Source: Clostridiaceae bacterium (GTDB taxonomy: Bacteria; Bacillota; Clostridia; DUPQ01). From it: a stretch of 64,000 nt of DNA. Of this stretch, positions 59,283 to 64,000 are shown piece by piece; position 1 is the first letter of the stretch; each line of letters begins with the position of its first letter. The notes under the pieces are model-generated. The model ran no database searches and was not told the origin of the DNA. It worked only from the letters and a program-made list of their open reading frames with translations. The stretch covers positions 712-64,711 of the forward strand of contig JAAYBX010000153.1 of assembly GCA_012729955.1 (NCBI GenBank), written 5' to 3'. The position numbers and the translations under genes are program-made.

Positions 59283-60815
59283 CTATATGCTTTTTCTGTA
59301 TATTGGCAGAAGTTTGCTGAAAATCTTGATAAATTGAGAATGATAGATGCTCATATACTTATCATGAGTTTTCATATCCGGTATATACACATGCCTGATG
59401 TGCACCATTGAGTCAATTGCTTCTTGTATGCTTTTGAACCACTTTTGAGCTGTGAAAGCGACAATTGCAGAACCCAATGCGCCAGCTTCATTAGTCTGGA
59501 TAGTTTTAACAGGAAGACCGAAAATATCAGCAGTTATTTGGCATATTTCAGGGCTTTTTGATCCTCCCCCTGCAAGATATAAACTGCTTATTTTTCTCCT
59601 GCCTCTTCTTTCCATTACAAGCTTTCCTTCATACAGCGCAAAAACTATTCCTTCTATGATAGATCTGTAAATATGATATTTGGTTGTCATATCAGAAAAC
59701 CCGATAAATGCACCTTTAGCTACTGGCATGGAAACACCGGCAGTAAAATACGGATTACATAACAGCCCGTCGCAGCCTGCAGGCACATCTTTCATTTTTT
59801 CATTTAACAAATCTTCGGTAATAATTGACTTGGATGCTGCTTCATCTTTTTCCTTATCGCAGAACTGGTTTTTGAACCAGGAAACAAGCCAGAATCCCCT
59901 GTAAATCTGGATTTCCGGATTATAGTAGCCTTTTAAGACTGCAGAGTATGCTGGAAGGAACGGTAAAGGCTCCATATACTTATCGGTCATGAACTGTATA
60001 GTCGCAGTAGTTCCGAAACTTAAAGCAGCCTGATCATCTGAAACTACAGAAAGACCCAAAGTCTCGCATCCCTTGTCTGAACCGGTCGCAATAAGAGGAA
60101 GACCTTCAGGTACTGAAAGATATTTTGATGCTTCCTTTGTAATATAACCAATTATTTCACCTGGATCAATAAGTTCACACATCTGATCATCTCTTACACT
60201 AAATATGCATCGGGTAAGATCATTCTTTCTCATCCAATCCCCTCTTTTATTATCAAACGGGATGTGTCCTATTGCTGAAGCTTTTGAGTCTATCAGGTTT
60301 CCTGTCATTAGGTAATTCAAATAAGCTGACAAAAGTACGAATTTATGTGTTTTGTCCCATATTTCCTTTTGATTTTCTTCAATCCAGTTACAGTATGATA
60401 CCTCTCTTTGAAGTTTGACAGCTTCCTTCATTCCCACTAGTCTAAATAAAATCCTGTTTATAAGCGGGATACTGTCACAGCATGAGGCTTTTCTCTTATC
60501 AAGCCAGACTATAACATCCCTTAATGGCGAATATGAGCTGTCCAGACACAGACAAGTATCCCTTATGGTCGTACAAGTGACACACGTTATATCTTCCCAG
60601 TCATTTTCTGATATTTTTTTAAGTTCATTGCATGTCTGTTGCATGGTATTCCAGTACACTGACGGATTCTGCTCTGCCCATCCAGGATTTTGCGAGTAAT
60701 ATGGCTGTTCATATTGCTTTTGAACTTTACTTAATATATTCCCGTGTTGATCTATTAGCATAACGCGTGTGCTCTGAGTACCTATATCAAAAGCCAAAAC
60801 TAACGGTCTTTTCAT
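59283..60815 (-). CDS. FGGY-family carbohydrate kinase
   Basis: 'LVLAFDIGTQSTRVMLID' N-terminal actin-like ATPase motif. 'GGGSKS' C-terminal motif. Confidence 0.7.
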   Translation of the reverse strand: MKRPLVLAFDIGTQSTRVMLIDQHGNILSKVQKQYEQPYYSQNPGWAEQNPSVYWNTMQQTCNELKKISENDWEDITCVTCTTIRDTCLCLDSSYSPLRDVIVWLDKRKASCCDSIPLINRILFRLVGMKEAVKLQREVSYCNWIEENQKEIWDKTHKFVLLSAYLNYLMTGNLIDSKASAIGHIPFDNKRGDWMRKNDLTRCIFSVRDDQMCELIDPGEIIGYITKEASKYLSVPEGLPLIATGSDKGCETLGLSVVSDDQAALSFGTTATIQFMTDKYMEPLPFLPAYSAVLKGYYNPEIQIYRGFWLVSWFKNQFCDKEKDEAASKSIITEDLLNEKMKDVPAGCDGLLCNPYFTAGVSMPVAKGAFIGFSDMTTKYHIYRSIIEGIVFALYEGKLVMERRGRRKISSLYLAGGGSKSPEICQITADIFGLPVKTIQTNEAGALGSAIVAFTAQKWFKSIQEAIDSMVHIRHVYIPDMKTHDKYMSIYHSQFIKIFSKLLPIYRKSI

Positions 60816-61192
60816 CTGTTTTCCCTTTCTATGGTCAAATCTGGAAGATCGCTAGATGCGATAATATTACATCCTGTACCTAATATGTCTTTGATAATAA
60901 TATCATGCATTTTCACTTTTTTATCTACCAATATATTATCTAAAATCCTCATTGCATCTAATAGAAGCTCTTTTGGCAATTCTGTATCAGTCCTGACTGG
61001 AATTACAGGAAATTGGGGAAATACTGTCCGAACGGTTGTTGTAAGAGATCTTTTTGGCGCTGTCATTTCCAAGACAGCAAAATCATACCCCCTTTTACAT
61101 GCATTTCCTTGAACAAGTATACCATTATCTGTTTTTTCTGCAGTTATATGACATCCTCTCGGACACACTATGCATATTATCTTTTTCTGCAT
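60812..61192 (-). CDS. DUF1667-family small Cys-cluster protein
   Basis: 'CIVCPRGCHI...GNACKRG' Cys-rich N-terminus. ATGA overlap with the kinase gene. Clostridial GlpA-operon context. Confidence 0.55.
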   Translation of the reverse strand: MQKKIICIVCPRGCHITAEKTDNGILVQGNACKRGYDFAVLEMTAPKRSLTTTVRTVFPQFPVIPVRTDTELPKELLLDAMRILDNILVDKKVKMHDIIIKDILGTGCNIIASSDLPDLTIERENR

Positions 61193-62461
61193 TTACTCTA
61201 CCTTTCCCATTTTGACATGGATTTTATCATTTCCATATTCAATCTTATCTATGTCTATTTGAATATGCTCAAGTTCTGATGGCCGCATTTCTATGTATTT
61301 TTTAGCAATCAGGATATTATCACCTGATGTAACAGTTACATGCTTATCTTCCTCTTTTTGCTTTGTTCTAAAATATATGTCAGCTTTTTTCTGGTCTGAA
61401 TCTATATCGATAAGCTGTGGTACGCAATATGCGAATTTTTCATCATGTATGACGGGTATAAGTCTTCGTTCTCTTTTTTTGTATTTGGCAGCGCACTTTC
61501 CCGCTATTCTTGCACCTGAAGATACATAATCAACAAGATCATTCACATGAAATGCATTCCCGCATACAAAAATTCCATCTTTCTTTGTCTGATAGCATTG
61601 ATCAGCAGCAGGGCCTTTTGTTTCAGCATCTAAGGTAATATTCATTTTTTCTGCAAGTTCGTTCTCTGGAATAAGTCCTACTGATAGGATAAGCGAATCA
61701 CATTCTATTATCCTTTCACTTCCATTTATCCTGCTCATATTCTCATCAACAGAACATACTTCAACCGCGGATACTCTTTTTTCACCAAATACCCTTGTTA
61801 CAGTAGTCTGTGTGTGAAGTGGTATATTAAAATCCATAAGACACTGGGAATAGTTCCTTAAAAGCCCTCCGAGTTCCTTTTTTGCTTCATACACTCCTTC
61901 TACTTCAGCTCCTTCTAAAGTAAGCCTTCTTGCCATAATAAGGCCAATATCTCCTGATCCCAGTATTACACATTTTTTTACAGGCATCTGACCTAGAATA
62001 TTCACATAATACTGTGCTGTACCTGCTGTCAATATTCCTGCAGGCCTTGTGCCGTGTATGAATATCTGTTTTGCTGATCTTTCCCTGCATCCAGTTGCTA
62101 GAACGATTGCTTTCGTATATATATGCTTAATTCCATGGTGTGTCACAAGTATCAGATGGAAAATGCCGTCATCTTGCCTGTTTATATCTGTTACAAATGT
62201 TGAACAAGTTATATTAACATCTGTGTTTTTAAGCATTTCTATGTAGTATTGGGCATATTCGGGACCTGTGAGTTTTTGTTTGAACATTAAAAGTCCGAAC
62301 CCATCATGAATGCACTGCTTAAGAATTCCGCCAAGTTTCTCTTCACGCTCAACCAGTAGTGTTTTTGCCCCGACTTCCCAAGCGCTTACCGCAGCAGCCA
62401 GACCTGCCGGACCTCCCCCTATAACCGTAACATCATATGTATTTTCAAACTGCTGTATCAT
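61193..62461 (-). CDS. NAD(P)/FAD-dependent pyridine-nucleotide-disulfide-type oxidoreductase
   Basis: 'DVTVIGGGPAGLAAAV' and a second 'VILGSGDIGLIMA' Rossmann motif. Confidence 0.65.
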   Translation of the reverse strand: MIQQFENTYDVTVIGGGPAGLAAAVSAWEVGAKTLLVEREEKLGGILKQCIHDGFGLLMFKQKLTGPEYAQYYIEMLKNTDVNITCSTFVTDINRQDDGIFHLILVTHHGIKHIYTKAIVLATGCRERSAKQIFIHGTRPAGILTAGTAQYYVNILGQMPVKKCVILGSGDIGLIMARRLTLEGAEVEGVYEAKKELGGLLRNYSQCLMDFNIPLHTQTTVTRVFGEKRVSAVEVCSVDENMSRINGSERIIECDSLILSVGLIPENELAEKMNITLDAETKGPAADQCYQTKKDGIFVCGNAFHVNDLVDYVSSGARIAGKCAAKYKKRERRLIPVIHDEKFAYCVPQLIDIDSDQKKADIYFRTKQKEEDKHVTVTSGDNILIAKKYIEMRPSELEHIQIDIDKIEYGNDKIHVKMGKVE

Positions 62462-63959
62462 GCTTTTTTGTCTTTCCGAACAGAATCCTGCTCTGGCTAT
62501 CCTTTTTGGCAACATACTCGTAATCAATATTCTTAATCTTGGAAATAGTCTTTAATACTAAAGGTCCGCAGAAACCGCCCTGACATCTTCCCATTCCTGC
62601 CCTTACCCTTCTCTTTACTCCATCCAAAGTGTCGCACGGAACACTTCTGGATAAGGCTTGTTTTATCTGCCCCAAGCTAATTTCTTCACATCTGCAGACT
62701 ATCACTCCGTAATCAGGATTTTGCTTGATTAATCTGTCTCTTTCTTCTTCATCCATCCTTGCAAGGTCAGGAATGGCTTTTCTGTTAGGATTGAAATCCG
62801 CATTAGGTTTTACTTCCATGATTTCTGAAAGCATTTTTTTCACAGTAAGTGATACATCCTTTGCGATTGCAGGAGCTGCTGTAAGACCTGGAGACTGTAT
62901 TCCTGCCACATGGATTATATTTTTGGTATTCTTTCCTTCAGTAATGACAAAATCCTCTTCATAAGTTGCTGCCCGGATACCCGAATAATATGCGATTATG
63001 TCAGATTTTTTTAGTCCTGGAAGAGTTTTTTTGTGTTTTTGTATTATCTGATCAATATTAATATCCTCCGTAGAGAAATCCTCCCTGTCAAATGTCTCTT
63101 TAGCATCAGGCCCAATAAGCATATTGTCGTCAGCTGTAGTTAATATACCTCCGCCTTTGCTATGTGCTGTTTTAACTGCACTCATACCAAATGCGGATAC
63201 AATAAATCGGTTCTTTTTAACTGTTTTTTTATCAAATATCGCATTAGTACCTTTCCTTGCATGTATTGTATAAAATCTGTCATTTGCTATCTGTGCTATT
63301 TTATCAGCATATACGCCTGCTGCATTTATAACCAGTTTGGGATATATGGTTCCTCTGTTTGTATTGAGGGATAAAATCCTGTTGTCCAATACTTCCATAT
63401 CAGTTACTGCAGTATCCAGAGCGAGTTTAACCTTATTGTCACAAGCATTTTCAGCATATGCTATGGTAACCTCATATGGACAGACTATTCCAGCCGTTGG
63501 GAAAAAGACAGCACATTCCATATCATCTGATATGCCTTCTATCCTCTTTTGAAGCTTTTCTTTATTTAGATATCGTGTAGGTACTTTCATTACCTTCCAG
63601 TACAGTCTTGCGATATTACATATGATCTTCATATACTTTTTGGTAAAGCATAAATACTGTCCAGGCCTGTAAAACTTAAAATCCATTTCTTTGGATATCT
63701 CGTCATACAACGCATTTCCTCTTGCATTATATTTTTGTTTTACTTGCCCTTTTATAAGATCAACTCCTGGATGTATTTCACCATCGTTTCTTGATGAAGC
63801 ATGCATTCCCACATCATGTTCTTTATCGATAAGCAGTATATCCAGGTCAAATCTTGCAAGTTCCCTTGCGATTGCGCAGCCGATTATTCCCGCTCCGATT
63901 ATCGCAACATCACACTTAACATTGTCATATTGTTTGTCTTCTAAATCAGGAAGTCTCAT
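62445..63959 (-). CDS. FAD-dependent glycerol-3-phosphate-dehydrogenase-like oxidoreductase with BFD-like [2Fe-2S] domain
   Basis: 'DVAIIGAGIIGCAIAREL' DAO-type N-terminus. C-terminal 'CRCEEI...GMGRCQGGFCGP' BFD-like Cys motif. Confidence 0.65.
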   Translation of the reverse strand: MRLPDLEDKQYDNVKCDVAIIGAGIIGCAIARELARFDLDILLIDKEHDVGMHASSRNDGEIHPGVDLIKGQVKQKYNARGNALYDEISKEMDFKFYRPGQYLCFTKKYMKIICNIARLYWKVMKVPTRYLNKEKLQKRIEGISDDMECAVFFPTAGIVCPYEVTIAYAENACDNKVKLALDTAVTDMEVLDNRILSLNTNRGTIYPKLVINAAGVYADKIAQIANDRFYTIHARKGTNAIFDKKTVKKNRFIVSAFGMSAVKTAHSKGGGILTTADDNMLIGPDAKETFDREDFSTEDINIDQIIQKHKKTLPGLKKSDIIAYYSGIRAATYEEDFVITEGKNTKNIIHVAGIQSPGLTAAPAIAKDVSLTVKKMLSEIMEVKPNADFNPNRKAIPDLARMDEEERDRLIKQNPDYGVIVCRCEEISLGQIKQALSRSVPCDTLDGVKRRVRAGMGRCQGGFCGPLVLKTISKIKNIDYEYVAKKDSQSRILFGKTKKHDTAV

Positions 63960-64000
63960 TCCAGGAACAGGTTCTTTTGTATATTCAATATCATTAATCA

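Noticed and set aside
1-64000. A search for CRISPR arrays, IS elements/transposases, integrases or phage genes
   Set aside because: No regularly spaced direct repeats, no transposase/integrase-like ORFs (no DDE or tyrosine-recombinase motifs noticed), and no terminal inverted repeats were found. The window looks like core/accessory chromosome rather than an active mobile element.

Overview
This is a low-GC, Firmicutes/Clostridia-like chromosomal segment (many TGnTATAAT-type promoters, GGAGG RBS, tight operons). I read about 55 genes from the ORF track and sequence motifs. From left to right the window holds the following. (1) A radical-SAM enzyme with a partial SPASM/twitch C-terminus at the left edge, followed by a decayed paralog fragment of the downstream FAD oxidoreductase and a tRNA 3-prime-end-like remnant. 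(2) An alpha/beta hydrolase, FAD oxidoreductase and GNAT operon. (3) A vWA protein and macro-domain/HTH protein pair. (4) A CrtI-like oxidoreductase and an MFS transporter. (5) An orphan 'DNA modification/repair'-type radical SAM with an HhH tail. (6) An operon of three very large cytoplasmic proteins (transglutaminase-core + FN3 protein, a heparinase-II/III-like protein, a six-hairpin glycosidase-like protein) followed by an XRE-HTH::ADP-ribosylglycohydrolase fusion, with related ATATCA/TGATAT palindromes in front of both units. (7) A zinc-ribbon membrane protein, an AraC regulator and a GH38 alpha-mannosidase. (8) An OmpR-type two-component system with direct-repeat boxes and a secreted DUF2680-like protein. 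(9) Three c-di-GMP enzymes: a dCache-PAS-GGDEF-HD-GYP protein plus a tandemly duplicated membrane GGDEF pair with identical promoter cores. (10) A BceRS-BceAB-type peptide-antibiotic resistance module with a recognisable TTACA-N4-TGTAA box. (11) A cytoplasmic BNR/Asp-box protein facing a KaiC-like (P-loop-less)::PEP-utilising ATP-grasp fusion, and a double-MerR regulator. (12) A complete polyamine operon carrying both the SpeD/SpeE and the CASDH/CANSDC routes. (13) Two divergent mini-ORFs (hydrophobic 33 aa; Cys-rich 53 aa) and a lipoprotein. (14) A SigI/RsgI-like pair, a GNAT, an ArsR and a tandem alpha/beta hydrolase. (15) A Clostridial GlpA-like / DUF1667 / FGGY-kinase / FAD-oxidase cluster. 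There is no CRISPR array, no rRNA and no intact tRNA. The main candidates for something undescribed are the XRE-ARH-controlled giant-protein operon, the KaiC-like::PPDK_N fusion, and the vWA/macro-HTH pair.
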